Shown: positions 37,285 to 52,367, numbered from the stretch's first letter. The stretch is 64,000 nt of DNA from Octopus sinensis (GCF_006345805.1 NC_043010.1:26660001-26724000), one strand, 5' to 3'. Made by a program: numbers and translations. Notes: generated by a model from the sequence alone, not told the origin.

Positions 37285-39450
37285 ATGGGTGGATCAGGAT
37301 TACTTGACTGCAAGAGGTGCAAGACCATCCAACTCCAAGGAACAGAGACCATTATAGCAACAAGAGAAAGGACTGAACACAGAGTCAGCATGTTTGTGAG
37401 TCAGATTCTGGAACACTTCTGTGAATGATTTATTGATGCCAATGAGCCAAGAGACCCTTCTCTTAATTAGTCTTATTTAGTGGGTCTTTGTCACTAATTA
37501 GTTGTTGGCTGTAGACAATACTAGACAGGCTGTGTGTGAAGCTGAGAATAAAAAGTTTCCATATTTTTATTACCCAGAACATTTGCATCTATGTATTTAC
37601 ATGTGTACAATGATTATTTAAATACATTATCATAACAGAACAGTAAAGTCTTCACAGCATATAACATTTTAGTTGTATGAAAATCACTCACGTTTATAAA
37701 AAACTAAGAAGTAGAAAAATGAGAACACCTCATCACAAAACTGACCTACATAGTTCTGCATAACACCTGAGGTTGTTCTGTTTGGGAGTTCAATGTCCCA
37801 GCGTTTTATAACATTCAATCAAACTTCTAGAAACTTCAGCTGAACTGTTTGCTGGACAGGAAAACTCACAAAGCTTATTTTCAAGTTTCTTGATTATTAG
37901 ATCACAAACCAGCTGATCTAAATAGTGGAACCATGTTTGTACAGGTGTGTTATTGCCTTTTATAGTAAACACAAATAATTTCTCATGATTGGCCTTAACC
38001 TTTTATGGTAATATAGTTGGGCCATGGTTCTAAACTGGGGATTTGAATAAGATGGTTCAAAACTCAGCAGAAGCTTTACTACAGGAGTTTTCTCACAGTG
38101 AGTTTGTTATAAACTGACAGAAGGTAGGTGTGTAATCAAACTTGATGACTGGCATCCGTGCTAGTGGAGCGCTAAGAGTACCATACAAGTGAGATCGTTG
38201 CCAGAGCAACAAGCTGGTCTCCGTGCCAATGGCACGTTAAAAACACCATTCAAGTGTGATTGTTACCTACATTGCCTTACTAGCACTTGTGCTGGTGGCA
38301 CGCGAAAAAAAACATTCGAGCGAGGTCGTTGCCAGTGCTGCTGGACTGGCTCCTGTGCAGGTGGCACATAAAAAGCACCATTTGAGCGTGGCCGTTGCCA
38401 GTACTGTCTGACTGGCCCTCATGCCGGTGGCATGTAAAAGCACCCACTACACTGTCGGAGTGGTTGGCATTAGGAAGGGCATCTAGCTGTAGAAACTCTG
38501 CCAGATCAGATTGGAGTCTGGTGCTGCCATCTAGTTCACCAGACCGCAGTCAAATTGTCCAATCCGTGCTAGCATGGAAAGCGGACGTTAAATGATGATG
38601 ATGATGATGATGATATATATATACATTCAGCAAAAAGAATTAGTAGTTAGAATACAAAAGCAGGTATAACAAACGTTACATAGACAGTAAATATACCTTT
38701 CTAATAGACAGACTAAAGTACATTACGAATTAATTAATATTTACAGGTGTTGCATATTAGTTATAAAAGCTGTAAATTACTGATGTTCTTTTATTACTAT
38801 TCAGGTATTTTTTCATTGACAGTTGTTGTGCTGTTATTACTTAGCCCTAGGTCATTCTTGATTGAGCAGACCTATAACGCAAAGCTTTTCAGCCATAACC
38901 ATCCCTGCTTTTATTCAAGCTTAGTATATTTCAAACAACATTATCCAAAATAGCCTTCTTTTTTTAACACTTTTTATGACTATATTTCTGTTGAAATGGC
39001 ACTCCATCAGTTATGAGGACAAGGTTTCCAGTCGATCCGATCACTGCAACAGCCTGCTTGTGAAATTAACATGCAAGTGGCTGAGTACCCCATAGACATG
39101 AGTACTCTTAACATTGTTCTCAGGGAGATTCAGTGTAGCACGGAATGTGACAAGGTTGGCTCCCTTTGAATTACAGGTATAGCTCATTTTTGCCAGCTGA
39201 GTGGACTGAAGCAACATGAAATAAAGTACCCTGCTCAAGGACACTAGATGCTGCCTGGAACTGAGCTCACAATCTTATAATCATGAGCCAGACACCCTGA
39301 CCACTAAGTCACATACCTTCAATTCTATTGAAACTGGCTGCCTTTATTGGGATTAATTTTTGAAATAATGAAGGGTTTATTAAACTATTTTGGTTATTTT
39401 TTAACTGGCATTTTGGAAAGAAGGAGAGTTTTTCACTAAGATCACTTTAA

Positions 39451-39672
39451 CCCTTTCATTATTGTATTTATTTTGAGATGCTGAGTGTTTCTTTCAATTA
39501 ATTTTAAATAGAACAAAGAATTTAGTAAAATAACTTAGTTATTATTCAGCTAGTGTTAGGAACATAAATTGTGATTAAGGTTTGGTGGAAAATTTTAATT
39601 AAAAACTTATGAAAACAAGACATTTGTACTACAAAACCAGAGGCGGTTTCAGCCGAGTTGATAATAAAAGGG
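39451..39672. mobile_element. piggyBac-type MITE nested in a related MITE
   Basis: TTAA|CCCTTTCATTAT ... ATAATAAAAGGG|TTAA. Confidence 0.8.
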
Positions 39673-42371
39673 TTAAATGAGATGTTTGTATAATAGAACC
39701 AGTGTGGGATCCAGCAGGTTGTTATCAAAAAGGGCTAATATATTAATGGTGGTGATTTTCAATCCTTTTGTATCCATGACACATGAAAGAAACAGCTAAA
39801 ACTATTGTTGAGCCCTGTCAGCTTTTTAAAAATTCCATCAAACAAAAAAAAAAATCACGAAGAAATATGCATGCACCATTGCAGTGCAGAAAGGAGACAA
39901 GATGGTGAGGCATGATCTTCGAATGTTGGGTCTCATGGAGGTGTTAACTAATGATTGAGATCCTTGATGATTTGTCATGCTTGAGAAGATTCATCAAGCC
40001 AAGTGAAATCATAGTCCTGGTTGGTGCTGGTGACACATAAAAGGCACCCACTACACTCTTGGAGTGATTAGTATTAGGAAGGGCATTCAGCAGTGAAGGT
40101 GCAATGGCCCAGTGGTTAGGGCAGCGGACTCGCAGTCAAAAGAAGGCGGTTTTGATTCCCAGACCAGGCATTGTGAGTGTTTATTGAGTAAAAACACCTA
40201 AGCTCCACGAGGCTCCAGTGGGGGTTGGGGTGAACCCCCGCTATACTCTTTCACCACAACTTTCTCTCACTCTTTCTTCCTACTTCTGCCACAAAGCAGA
40301 GGAACAATGGTGTGGTAAACTTTCAGACCCTAGTCTAGATTGCGAATCCTCTGTACCCCAGGATGGTTCAGCTCTCCACCCGTTAAAAGCCACCGTTTAC
40401 GGAATGAGGTTAACAACGTAACTTTTGAACCCCGTGCAACCGCCAGTCTATCGCGTGTGGTGGGTGGATCTTCAAGTTGCCACACGCATTCTTAGTAGCT
40501 CAGTGTAGGCTCGAATGAGAGATTATTCTTTGTGGCTAATGGTGTGAGTCCTGATTGGAAGACGAAGATGATGATATTCAGCTGTAGAGGCCATGCTAGG
40601 ATCAGACTGGAGCCTGGTATAGCTCTCCAGCTTATTAGTCCCAGTCAAACTATCTGATCCCTGCCAGCAATGGAAAACAGATGCTAAATGAGAATATTTT
40701 GGTATTTTCTAATTCATTTCAAAACATTCATTCATGCTTTGCCTGTGGATCATCATCCATGGATCGTCATTTAATGTTAACTTTTGTCCAGACTTGCATG
40801 GACTAGGCAGAACTTTTGGGGATCAGATTTTCCGTGGATGGGTGCCCTTCCTGTAGCCAGCCTTCACGTTTTTCCAAGCAGGGTTATATTTTCCCATGGC
40901 TGGACATGTTTTCCATGGAAGACTGGAAATGAACCACATTGCTTGTTTTGATGTGATGCTTGTTTACAATTGTCATGTGATGTTCAAACAAGGGGGTACA
41001 CCAACACACACATGCACACACACACACATACATATACACATACTTCACAACCACATCTGTACTACACAGTATATACAGCATTCAAGTGTACCATTGAACA
41101 GTGACTGAAAATGCCTCTGCTATGGTGTAATTTGAGGGTGATTTGGCTGCTATACATAGCAGATCAAGCAACAACATAAAGACTCCTTTGAGTGCTCAAG
41201 TCACCAACAAGGAGTTATCTCAACCAGTTGCGATATCCTAAGACTCTTTTAATGTGAAAGAATGTTGTTGTTATTGCTTTTATGTCATTCTTATTGCTGT
41301 TTGTAATTGCCGTTTCTCCTTTTTCTAAACATTTACTTAAGATCTGTTTAACTTTGTTAACCCTTGTTTCATGTCCTGCTAATCTAACATCTTTCCTTTA
41401 CCTTCTCAAAACAGATTTAATGATAAGAGATTTACAAATTTACAAAAAAGAAAAAAATTATATATTTTTATTTTTTTTAAATTATCACACCCTGTGATAT
41501 CGGAATGCCCTTTCTTGTAGTGCTGTTCAAATGATTTATTTAAATGCTAATCACTCCTCAAATATTTATTATTTATTTTGATGTTTCTCCAACACCCTCT
41601 TGACCTCGACCATCAATCACACCAACCAGCTAATCTGATACAAATAGGACTCTAATCACTTGTTTTTCTCTTCTGTCCAGCCACCATGCAGCTTCTTGTG
41701 TGAAGAACACTTGTTTGTTATTATAATGGTTTCAAAGACAGGAATTCACTGATGTTGATGTTGTTGTTGGTGGTGGTAGTGGTGGTGATGCTGCTGCTGT
41801 TGTCATTATTGTCAAGTCCCAGGTCATACCTGACTGAGCAGATTTACGGTCAATGACATAGTGCATCTAAGATTACCTTCTTCAATGTGTTCTTCATGAG
41901 CATTTTTTTTTAAAGCTAGTGGCCTAATGGTTACAGCAGCAGACTTGTGGTCGAGGGATCATGGGTTCGAATCTCAGACCAGGCAATGCATGTGTTTATA
42001 AGCGAAACACCCAAGCTCCACACAGCTCTCACAGAAAGTAAGGGTGAACTTCTGCTGACTCTTTCACCACAACTTTCTCTCACTCTTTCCTCCTGCATCT
42101 AGCAGCTCACCTGCAACAGACTGGCATCCCATTCAGGTGGGGAACCTATACGTCAATGAAACTGAGATTTGAGGAAAATTCAATTGTTATTTCTAGCAAC
42201 CATATAGTAGCTCCTTAACCCTTTTGCTACCAACCCACCAAAGATCACTCCTGGCTCTATGATATGAACTTCTTGTTTTAAATAATTTTAAATGATTTTT
42301 AACTTTGCATCAAAATTTTATGTTAGTTTCTGTTCCAAAAATCAACTTAAAAATGACAAAGTTATTCTAGT

Positions 42372-42488
42372 TATTACAGTTCTATATTTAAGGGATGAGG
42401 AATTATGTACATTATTTCGTGGTTAAGAGCACAGGCTACTAACCCCAAAATTCTGAGTTTGATTCCAGGCAGGACCTGAATAATAATG

Positions 42489-42538
<50 letters not shown>

Positions 42539-42774
42539 AATAATGATAATAATGATAATAATGATAATGATAATGATAATAATATAATAATAATGATAAT
42601 GATAATGATAATAATGATAATGATAATAATAACATCAAAAACTACCTTAGGAATGAGAATCCAGGTTCGAAATTTCCCCAAAACACCTGATGAAGGCTTG
42701 GAGGGTATATCAGCCGAAACGTTGTGTTAGCAACAAACAAGATGAGGACAAATATCCATCAAATGTAAATAATA
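42372..42774 (+). mobile_element. tRNA-HHR SINE (copy 3), 10-bp TSD TTATTCTAGT
   Basis: TSD at 42362-42371 and 42775-42784. Inverted tail at about 42376-42417, truncated tRNA head from 42419, (AAT)n spacer, then HHR. Confidence 0.85.
42682..42728 (+). ncRNA. Minimal type-I hammerhead ribozyme
   Basis: AACAC-CTGATGA-A-GGCT(T)G-gagggtatat-CAGCC-GAAA-CG-TT-GTGTT. Stem I AACAC/GTGTT; palindromic AACGTT stem III. Confidence 0.8.
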
Positions 42775-43726
42775 TTATTCTAGTAAATTCCTCATTATTT
42801 AAACAAAAGAAGTGTATTTCTACAGAAGTAGAGTAATGAAAGGGTTAACGCAAATGTGGAGAGGCGCATAGTAGAGCAACATCTTATGGGCCAGAAAATA
42901 CTTCTTTTCTAAGAAGCCAGTGACAGAATCCCTTATGTGGTTGCTTTAGTTGCCAGAAATAGCTGCCAAATCTCCCTGAAACATTCTCACCCACACTAAG
43001 CTACAAAAGATTGATAATCGCAGCTCTATACACCCATTTGGCCTTCTAGAAGCAGCTGCCCAAATCCCCTTCAAATTACATCCTGCTATCTCAGATAGGT
43101 TTCAAAAATCAAAACCAAAGGCTAAATCAATCGCGGCTCATTGGTAGAGTCATACAGCATCAGATAGATTGTTTAAGGCAGTGAGCTGGCAGAAACGTTA
43201 GCACGCCGGGCAAAATGCTCAGCAGTATTACGCCTGCCACTACGCTCTGAGTTCAAATTCTGCCGAGGTTGACTTTGCCTTTCGTTCTTTCAGGGTCTAT
43301 TCAATAAGTACCAGTTACGCACTGGGGTCAATATAATCGACTTAATCCGTTTGTCTGTCCTTGTTTGTCCCCTCTGTGTATAGCCCCTTGTGGGCAGTAA
43401 AGAAAAAAGATAGCTTGTTTTGCAGTAATCTTTGTGGCACTCTGGAAAATTTTTGATCAGGAACCTTCTGTATGGATCAGAGCTAACCCGAGTCAGGTTA
43501 AATAGTTGTAACAAACCTACATTCACCAATGTGATGCCTTTCTACTGCTCGTTGAATGGATGGAGGAATTTAACCCTTTGGCATTCGAACTGGCCATATT
43601 TAACCCAAATATTCTTATTTCCTGTTCAAACTGGCCAGCTCTGACCTCTCACACATACCCTATAATGTTAATCTAAAATTAAACAATCACACCTCATCAT
43701 AATCTTAAAGCTTCAAGATGATGCAC

Positions 43727-44316
43727 TACCAATATTGTAGCTATGGCCAGTGCCCACTGACTGGCCCCCATGCCATTGTCACATCAAAAGGATCATCCAA
43801 ACATGGCCGATATCAGTATCCCCTGACTGGCACTTGTGCCAGTGACATGTAAAAAGCACCATCTGAACATGGCCGACACAAATACCATCTGAACATGGCT
43901 GATGTCAGTACTCCCTAACTGGCTCTCATGCCGGTGGCATGTAAAATGCACCATCTGAATGTAGCCAATGCCAGTACCCACTGACTGGCTCTCATGCTAG
44001 CGGCATGTGAAAAGCACCATCTGAACATGGCTGATGCACATACCCACTGACTGGCCCCCGTGCCAGTGGCATGTAAAAAGCACCATCCAAACGTGGTTGA
44101 TGCCAAGGTCCACCTGACTGGTTCCCATGCCAGTGGCACGTAAAAAACACCCACTAAACTCATGGAATGATTGGCATTAGGAAGAGCAAGCAGCTATAGA
44201 AACATTGCATGATCAGATTGGAGCCTGGTGCAGCTGCTGTCTTTCCAGACCTCAGTCAAACCGTCCAACCCATACCAGCATGGAAAACGGATTTTAAACG
44301 ATGATGATGATGATGA
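43727..44316 (+). mobile_element. Family C retroposon with about 5 diverged ~66-bp units
   Basis: Same ends as 14115-15636; (GAT)n tail. Confidence 0.75.
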
Positions 44317-45924
44317 TTGAGACCCCCTTCAGTTACCCTCCAAGGCACAAGTCCAGGCAAGGTTGTTTATGCATACCGGCCTCCCCTCTCCACGCCACCA
44401 GTGTTATCCAAAGGGAAGGCAACAGCAGATACAGTTTGACACATGTGACATCGCAACTCATTTCTACAACTGAGTGAACTGGAGCAACGTGAAATAAAGT
44501 GTCTTGCTCACGAACACAACACACAGCCCAGTACGGGATTCAAGCTCACAATCTCACGATCGTAAGCTCGATGCTCTAACCACTGAGCCATGCGCCTTCA
44601 CAATGATGATGATGATTAAGCATTGCATTTGAGAGAATTACCTGAATGCTAAAGGGTAAAACAACACAACACCAGTGGCGTCACTCATTACTTGTAATTC
44701 CACTCAAACCATTTCCATCACCAACACCTCCACCACCACTCACTTTGGAACAATAGACTGACTGATGATACTTCTGTAGAATCCAGAGAGCCTCTGCAAA
44801 TGCCTGACTAACTATTATTCTCAAAATGGCATCAGTTATTAATCGTGACATTGCGGCTGCGTGCCAACTTGTTGGAAAAACACTTGAGGAGAGGCTGGAC
44901 ATTTAATGCCGGCAAGGATGATGACAGCAATTACGATGATGATGACGATGATAATGATGATGATGGTGGTGGTGACTGTGATGATGAAGATAATGGTTTT
45001 GGTAGTGGTGGTGGTAGTGACAATGATTATGACGATTATTATCATGATGATGACAATGTTGATCATTGTGATGGTGATGGTGATGATGATGACATTGATG
45101 TTTAAAACTATGATGGCAATGACGACAATGACGATGATGATGATGATGATGACAGTGGTCATGAAGATAAAGATAGTGACGTTCAAGAGGATAACGATAA
45201 CGATGGTATTGATAAAGACAATGTTGATGATGTTGATGGTGGTGGTGGTGGCAGTGGCAGTGGTGGTGGTAGTGATTGTGGTGGTGGTGTCAGTGTTGTG
45301 GTTGTTGGTGATGGTGATGGTGGTGGTGGTGACAGTGACATTACTTGAGAGATCAAAGTACCATCACCAGTCTGACCAACATCTTGTCTTACTTTCTGGA
45401 AACTGGGAAAACCTGGAATCCATTCGGACAGAACAATTAGCTTCTTCTTCAATGTAAGGGACGTATCAAGTAGTTAGGAGGAAACAAAGTGTGTGTGTGT
45501 GGGGGGGGGGAATGAGAGACCAAGTGTTTTAGAATGAAGGGAAGATGAGTATGTAAGGGGGAGGAGGAGAAGGAGGAAGAAGAAGATATTTAATCATCCT
45601 TGTATTGTTAGCTGCAACAGTTTATTAAAAAGACATCTCACCTCTTCATTCAACGAGAACTTGGGAGCAGTTTGAGTTATAGAAATAGCATTTTGGAAGG
45701 TTTCCATTTAGAAATATTGCAGCCATTGCTGTTGCTAGTGTTGTTCTTGCCATTGTTGTTGTCGTTATTGCCATAATTGTTCTGATGGTTAGTTGGTGAG
45801 CCTGGCAGAATTGTTAGCACGCTGGACAAAATGCTTCACGGTATTTCACCCATTGCTCCGTTCTGAGTTCAAAATCCGTGAAGGTTGACTTTTCATCCTT
45901 TCAGGGTTTGATAAATTAAATTAA

Positions 45925-46337
45925 GTAGGAGTAGCTGTGTGGTAAGTAACTTGCTTACGAACCACATGGATCCGGGTTCAGTCCCACTGCATGGCACCTT
46001 GGGCAAGTGTCTTCTTTTATAGCCTCGGGTCAACCAAAGCCTTGTGAGTGGATTTGGTAGACGGAAACTGAAAAAAGCCTGTCGTATATATGTACATATA
46101 TACATATATGTGTGTATATGTATGTGTGTATATGTTTGTGTGTCTGTGATTGTCCCCCCAACATTGCTTGACAACCAATACTGGTGTGCTTATGTCTCCG
46201 TAACTTTGTGGTTCGGTAAAAGAGACCAATAGAATAAGTACTAGGCTTATAAAGAATAAGTCCTGGGGTCGATTTGCTCGACTAAAGGCGATGCTCCAGC
46301 ATGGCCACAGTCAAATGACTGAAACAAGTAAAAGAGT
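45925..46337 (+). mobile_element. Family A SINE inserted in a family B SINE
   Basis: The family B sequence ...GATAAATTAA|GTACCAGTT is split around it. Confidence 0.8.
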
Positions 46338-48884
46338 ACCAGTTGCATACTGGAGGTGGCAGGGGGGGATCTAATCAACTGCTCCCCCACCTCTCCCCAA
46401 AATTTCAGGCCTTGTGCCTATAGTAGAAATTATTGTTGTGATGGTAAAAGTGATGAAAGGTGGTGGTGGGGGGAACCCTGGAACAGTGGATGTCAAAACA
46501 ATGAGGATGATAAATAATTGTTTCAAAGTATAGCACTGACCCAAGTTTTTGACTAGTATTTTCTTTTATTGACCCCTGGCAGAATCGGCCTCAGTAGTAT
46601 TTGAACTCAAAATGTAAAGACTTGGAAAAATTCCATTCTAAGCACTTTGTCCAATGTCTTATCTTTCATCTTTCATTTGTTTCAGTCATTAGACTGTGGC
46701 CATGCTGGGGCATTGCCTATGGGAAATTTTAGTCGAGTGAATTGACACCAGAACTTTTCCCTTTTTTTTTTTGTAAAACCTGGTACTTGTTTTATCAGTT
46801 TCTTTTTGCTGAGCTGCTAAGTTACAGGGACACACATCGGTTGTGAAGCAGTGGTTTGCAACAAATATGCACACACACACACATACACACACGTATATGA
46901 CTGGTTTCTTTCAGTTTCTGTCTTCCAAGACACTTGTCCAAGGTGTCCTGCAATGGAAACATGTGGTTGAGAAGCAAACTTCTTACCACACATCACCTCC
47001 CCATAAATTTTCAAACTATTGGCCTTAGATTTAGAGTGAGACATATTCTCCATTACAAAACACAGTGAGCAGCTCGTTCCCCAGTTCGAATGTGCATCAA
47101 GCATATTCAGACTGATAACAACATTGAAGTTTCACTTACCACTGCTTAGCGCCCCCCCCCCCCTAGCAATTTACTCACCATAATGTTAACATCTCACAGT
47201 CTAGGTAGGTGGCACTGCAAGATGACCTAGGTGTATACACATCATTTATGAACAAATGAAATACATTCATCATCATCATTGTTTAACGTCCATTTTCCAT
47301 TCTGGCATTGGATAACTGGGGTCTGGGAAGCCAGGAGGCTGCACTAGGCTCCAATCTTGATCTGGCAGTGTTTCTACAGCTTGATGCCCTTCCTAATGCC
47401 AATCACTCCGAGAGTGTAGTGGGTGGGTGCTTTTTATGTGCCACTGGCACAGGAGGCCAGAGGTGGCTAGCAACAACCACAATCGGCTGGTGCTTTTTAC
47501 ATGCCACATAGCACTGTCAGTCACCATACAATGACTGGAAAAGCATAAGAGGAATAATCTCTTAATTCAACTCACAATGCCGTCTGCTTATTGTCTGTGA
47601 CCAACGAGGAGGTAATGACTCCAAAATGCTAGCATTTTAAAGTCTAGGTTGATGGTGCTGTGAGCTGACCAAGCAAGATATATTCTCCATGATAAAACAC
47701 AGTGTAGTTTGGTCCCCAATTCAAATGTGCTTCAAGCACATTCACACTGATTAAGATCATTGCAATTAGAGATAAACATTTTTCAACTTTTGTTTTTTTT
47801 TTGCAATGTTTATCACTTCATTCTGATCTGTGGCCTAGTGTGGCCGTGGTGGTGGTGGTGGTGAAGTTACCATTTGTATAGAAATGAAGAACATGAATTG
47901 TGATATCCATTGCTTGCTCTGTTCTTGTGTTTCTAAGTTGCTAAATAACCACATCACTAGTACCTGTCATTCTTTCTTGTCAAATCCAAGACTAATAAAT
48001 TGTTTCTGCCTGGCAATTGTTAGATATTTCAGAGTCGTTCTTGTCTAGCTGTCAAACTGATCTGATACCATGTGTTAAATCTTTGAATGACTATATCACA
48101 AAACAACCATTTGATAACACAATATAAAATATCGCTGTTAAATTAATTTTAACCTTTTGGTCACCAACCCACCCAAGATTGCCTGTGATTCTAGGATACA
48201 AATTTCCTGTTTTAAAGCAATCTGAATTTTAACCTTCCATTAAAATTTCATCCTAATTTATATTCCAAACACCAATTTAATAATGGCAAAGTTGTATTAC
48301 TAAATTCTTCATTATTTTCGAAATTAGCTGCAGCAAGAGCAGTAAATGCTAACAGAAATATGGTAACAAAAGAGTTAAAGTGATCTGAATTAATCCTTTC
48401 CATTGCGGTTTCATTTTAATTTATGTTCCAAACACCAGCTTAACAATTCTTTTTGCTTTGGGCACAAGGCTTGAGATTTTAGGGGATGGCAATAGTTGAA
48501 TAGATTGACCCCCAGTACTCAACTGGTACTTGTTTTATTGACCCCGAAAGGATGAAAAGCAAAATTGGCCTTGGTAGAATTTGAACTCAGAACATAAAAA
48601 TGGACATAATGCTGCTAAGCATTTTGTCCAGTGTTACAACAATTCTTCTGGCTTACTGCCTTACACCAGCTTCATAATGACAAATTTATTATACCAAATT
48701 CTTAATTTTTTCTAAAATTTATTGAAACAGAGAAACAATGTATCATAATAGAAATATGGTAACAAAAGGGTTAAAGTGATCTAAATTAACACCTTCCCTT
48801 AAAATTTCATGTTATGTTCCAAATACAAAGTTATAATACTAAATTCTTCATTTATATATTTTATATACTATACTATACTATACG

Positions 48885-48928
<44 letters not shown>

Positions 48929-48930
<2 letters not shown>

Positions 48931-49627
48931 CAGAAATATTAAATTTCTAAATCTCTCATAGAGATATGTACGGTGGTGGGGCGTTAGAATGGTTGTATAC
49001 TGTCAATCTAACGTGAACATGACAGTAGGGGGTTACACCACCGCTGTTTAGTCCTAGGAAGCATCAACGCTTCCTGCTGGCTTCGACACATTTTTTCCTG
49101 TGTCCTTATATACATTTACGAAGGGGAGACAAACACTCCCAGGGACACAGGAAAAAATGTGTCAATGCCAGCAGGAAGCGTTGATGCTTCCTAGGGCTAA
49201 ACAGTGGTGGTGTAACCCCCTACTGTCACGTTCATGTTAGATTGACAGTATACAACCATTCTATCGCCCCACCACCATACATATCTCTATGAGAGATTTA
49301 GAAATTTAATATTTCTGATTTTGGTAATCAGTGAATAAACTTCACTGAAAATTAGATATATACATTTGCGAATCGGGACAGATATCAACAGCTGGCGGGC
49401 GTCTGCTACTCTAGACCGATGAAGGACTATGATCCTGAAACATGCGTGTCTCTAGATGCAGGCCTGGCTGCTGGGGGTGTTTGTCTCCCCTTTGTAAATG
49501 TATATAAGGACACAGGAAAGAATGGGTCGAAGCCAGCAGGAAGCGTCGATGCTTCCTAGGGCTAAACAGCGGTGGTGTAACCCCCTACTGTCACGTTCAC
49601 ATTAGATTGACAGTATACAACCATTCT
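48929..49627 (+). mobile_element. Retrozyme-like element: 365-bp monomer in partial tandem plus inverted 5' arm
   Basis: GGACACAGG at 49143 and 49508 (period 365). Inverted arms 48929-49105 and 49143-49319. HHR at 49410-49456. Flanked by (TA)n. Confidence 0.8.
49410..49456 (+). ncRNA. Type-I hammerhead ribozyme (CCGATGA core variant)
   Basis: TCTAGA-CCGATGA-AGGA-ctatga-TCCT-GAAA-CATGCGTG-TC-TCTAGA. Confidence 0.75.
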
Positions 49628-49642
49628 ATATATATATATATA

Positions 49643-50113
49643 CTAGCAGTATCGCCCGGCGTTGCTCGGGTTTGTTTCGACCCGCTGGAATTGGAATTTT
49701 TGAAAAGTAAAAATTTTGCATTATGTAGCTTATTCACTTGTGAACATTTTTCTGGTTGAAATACACCGAAAAGTGGCGACACAGCAGTGAAAAAATCGTA
49801 AAATACATGGATTTTCATAGAAAAAAGCACCTTTTTGATGTAAATAATTTTTGGTGTTAACATGGTCCGATTTGAATTTTATCTTGTATGGAAGGAAGAG
49901 CGACCCTTCTTCTATCATACTCTCAATTATGGTCAACTTGCGCCACAGGGTCTCAGAGGAGATAGTGTTAGTTGAAGGCTACCAAACCTGGCGCACACAG
50001 ACAACTTCAGCTTTATATTGAGAGAGATAACACACACACACACATGTATGGATGTATGTATGTATATATGTACATCTGTTCACTTCTTGCCATATTTTTA
50101 TCCTTCACTTCCT

Positions 50114-50144
<31 letters not shown>

Positions 50145-50768
50145 GACACACAGACACACACACAGACACACACACACATGCACGCACGCACACACACACA
50201 CACCTTCTTAGCTTACAATTTCTTTCTTTCAACAATTGACAACTGAAGTATGCTTGCAAATTAATACTACGAAAACTTAGCGACAGAAAGTAAATTAAAA
50301 ACCAATCGTAAAATATTGAGTTTTCTCGAATTTTTGCTTAATTGGGGATCAAATTGAAAGAAATTTCAATGCCATGACCCAATGGAATGTACCTTGAAAA
50401 ATCATAGGTAAATTCCATTTGAAGAAATTGTGAGGAGTAAATCGTTATGTATTTATTTGTTTCTGTTTCCTGTGTATTTTTTTTGAGTAGTGGTTTAAGG
50501 TACACTTGCAAAGAGAAAGTAGGAGAAAGTGTGGTAATAGAAGGAGTGAAGCAGTTGATATGAGTGAGGCAAATCGTAAAATATTTAGTTTTCTCGAATT
50601 TTTGCTTAATTGGGGGTCAAATTGAAAAAAATTGATATGCCATGACCCAATTGAATGTACTTCGAAAAATCATAGGTAAATTCCAATTGAAAAAATTCTA
50701 TATTGTACAATTGTATTAAAAACAAACTATGTCAGAGGCAGAGAAAATCTGCCTTTTATCATAAGAGA
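49643..50768 (-). mobile_element. Non-autonomous Helitron
   Basis: Minus-strand 5' TC at 50768 and 3' CTAG at 49643, preceded by a GC hairpin (CCCGGCGTTGCTCGGG on +). A|T insertion site. Internal duplication about 50303-50430 / 50571-50697. Confidence 0.7.
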
Positions 50769-51423
50769 TATATATATTCATATACTAAATTCTTCATTTA
50801 TATAATGACAAAGTTATAATACTAACTTATTCATTTTTTTTTTCAAAACCTATTCAAGTAAAAACAGTGTCTGCTAATAGAAATATGATAGCAAAAGGAT
50901 TAAATTTAAAGTTCCAAAATTGTCATCACATTCCTGTAACCTGATGACTGGTACAGTTCCACGCTAGCCATTGCATGCACAGTCTGAATTGCATTCCCAC
51001 ACACCATTATTTTTCTGCATCTCAGACTCAGGTTTATAAGGACTAATATCACTTAGTTCTTCTTATTTGGCCTCAGGTATAAAACTTATAACCATGCTGA
51101 ACCTTAAGTGTTGCCTTCAAGGTTTTTTAGTCAGTCGAATCATACCAACATTTCCATTACATGTTTTCAATCTAATATTTCTTGTTTTATCAAATGGTTG
51201 AGTTACCAGTTGATATACATGGTACAGCTGTGTACATTGGTATACACAAACACACACACACCTTCAATAACAACAACAACAAAAGCATATTTCATCATAG
51301 CCATCATCCTCGTTATCATCATTTTAATGTCCACTTGCACGAGTCAGACAAAATTTGTTGAGATGGATTTTTTAATAATTGGATGCATTTCCTGTCACCA
51401 ACCTTTACCAGTTTCCTCCTTTA

Positions 51424-51470
<47 letters not shown>

Positions 51471-52318
51471 TGTATGTATATATATGGCCTGCAAACGATT
51501 GTAGCAACACCAGAAAACCCATTTATCTGTTTTTATTATGTGTGTGTGTGTATGTATATATATATATGTGTCTATATGTATATATATATATATATGTATG
51601 TGTCTCTATGTATATATATGATAGGCTTCTTTCCTTACCTCTCAACGAAATTCACTGTCAAGACTTTGATCAGCCCACTGGTTTAGTAAAAGACATTCAA
51701 TAATCAAGGTAGCATGCAGCGGGATTGAACCTAGAGCCATGTGTTTGTAGAAAGAATTTCTCAACAACACAACAATGCCTGCATCTAACATTTATATGTG
51801 TCATGGACATAAATACACTCCATTATCTGATGTATACATTTAAATTTTATTTTGTGTTTGATGTACAGAGCATTTTTAAAGAGTTGTGGAACTAATACCA
51901 ATATGCAAATTAGATCTCGTTCCTTTGTCAGTTAAGCAGCAATTTATATGGAGATGAGAGTTGCTATCTATCAGCTGAAAAATGAGGTTAAGTAATAAAA
52001 CTGATACCAGATAAGGGGCTGGAAACTGATCTGTTCATTACCACTGTTGCTTTACCAATAACTAGGGGTGCATACACAGGATTTCATTCCACTGCAAGAG
52101 AGTGTACATTTTCAATACATGCACTCGTGTTCTCACTCACACACACACACACAAATACACACAAATATATATATATGTATGCGTGTGTGTGTATGTATGT
52201 ATAGCATGGCTTTGTGGTAAGAAGCTTGCTTCCCAACCACATAGTTCTAAGTTCAATCCCACCGTGTGGCACCTTGGGCAAATGTCTTCTATAGCCTCAG
52301 GCCAACCAGGAAGTCTAT

Positions 52319-52360
<42 letters not shown>

Positions 52361-52367
<7 letters not shown>

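Larger units (their letters stand above)
42219..42844. mobile_element. piggyBac-type MITE hosting a tRNA-HHR SINE
   Basis: TTAA|CCCTTTTG ... GAAAGGG|TTAA. The internal consensus resumes after 42784. Confidence 0.75.
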
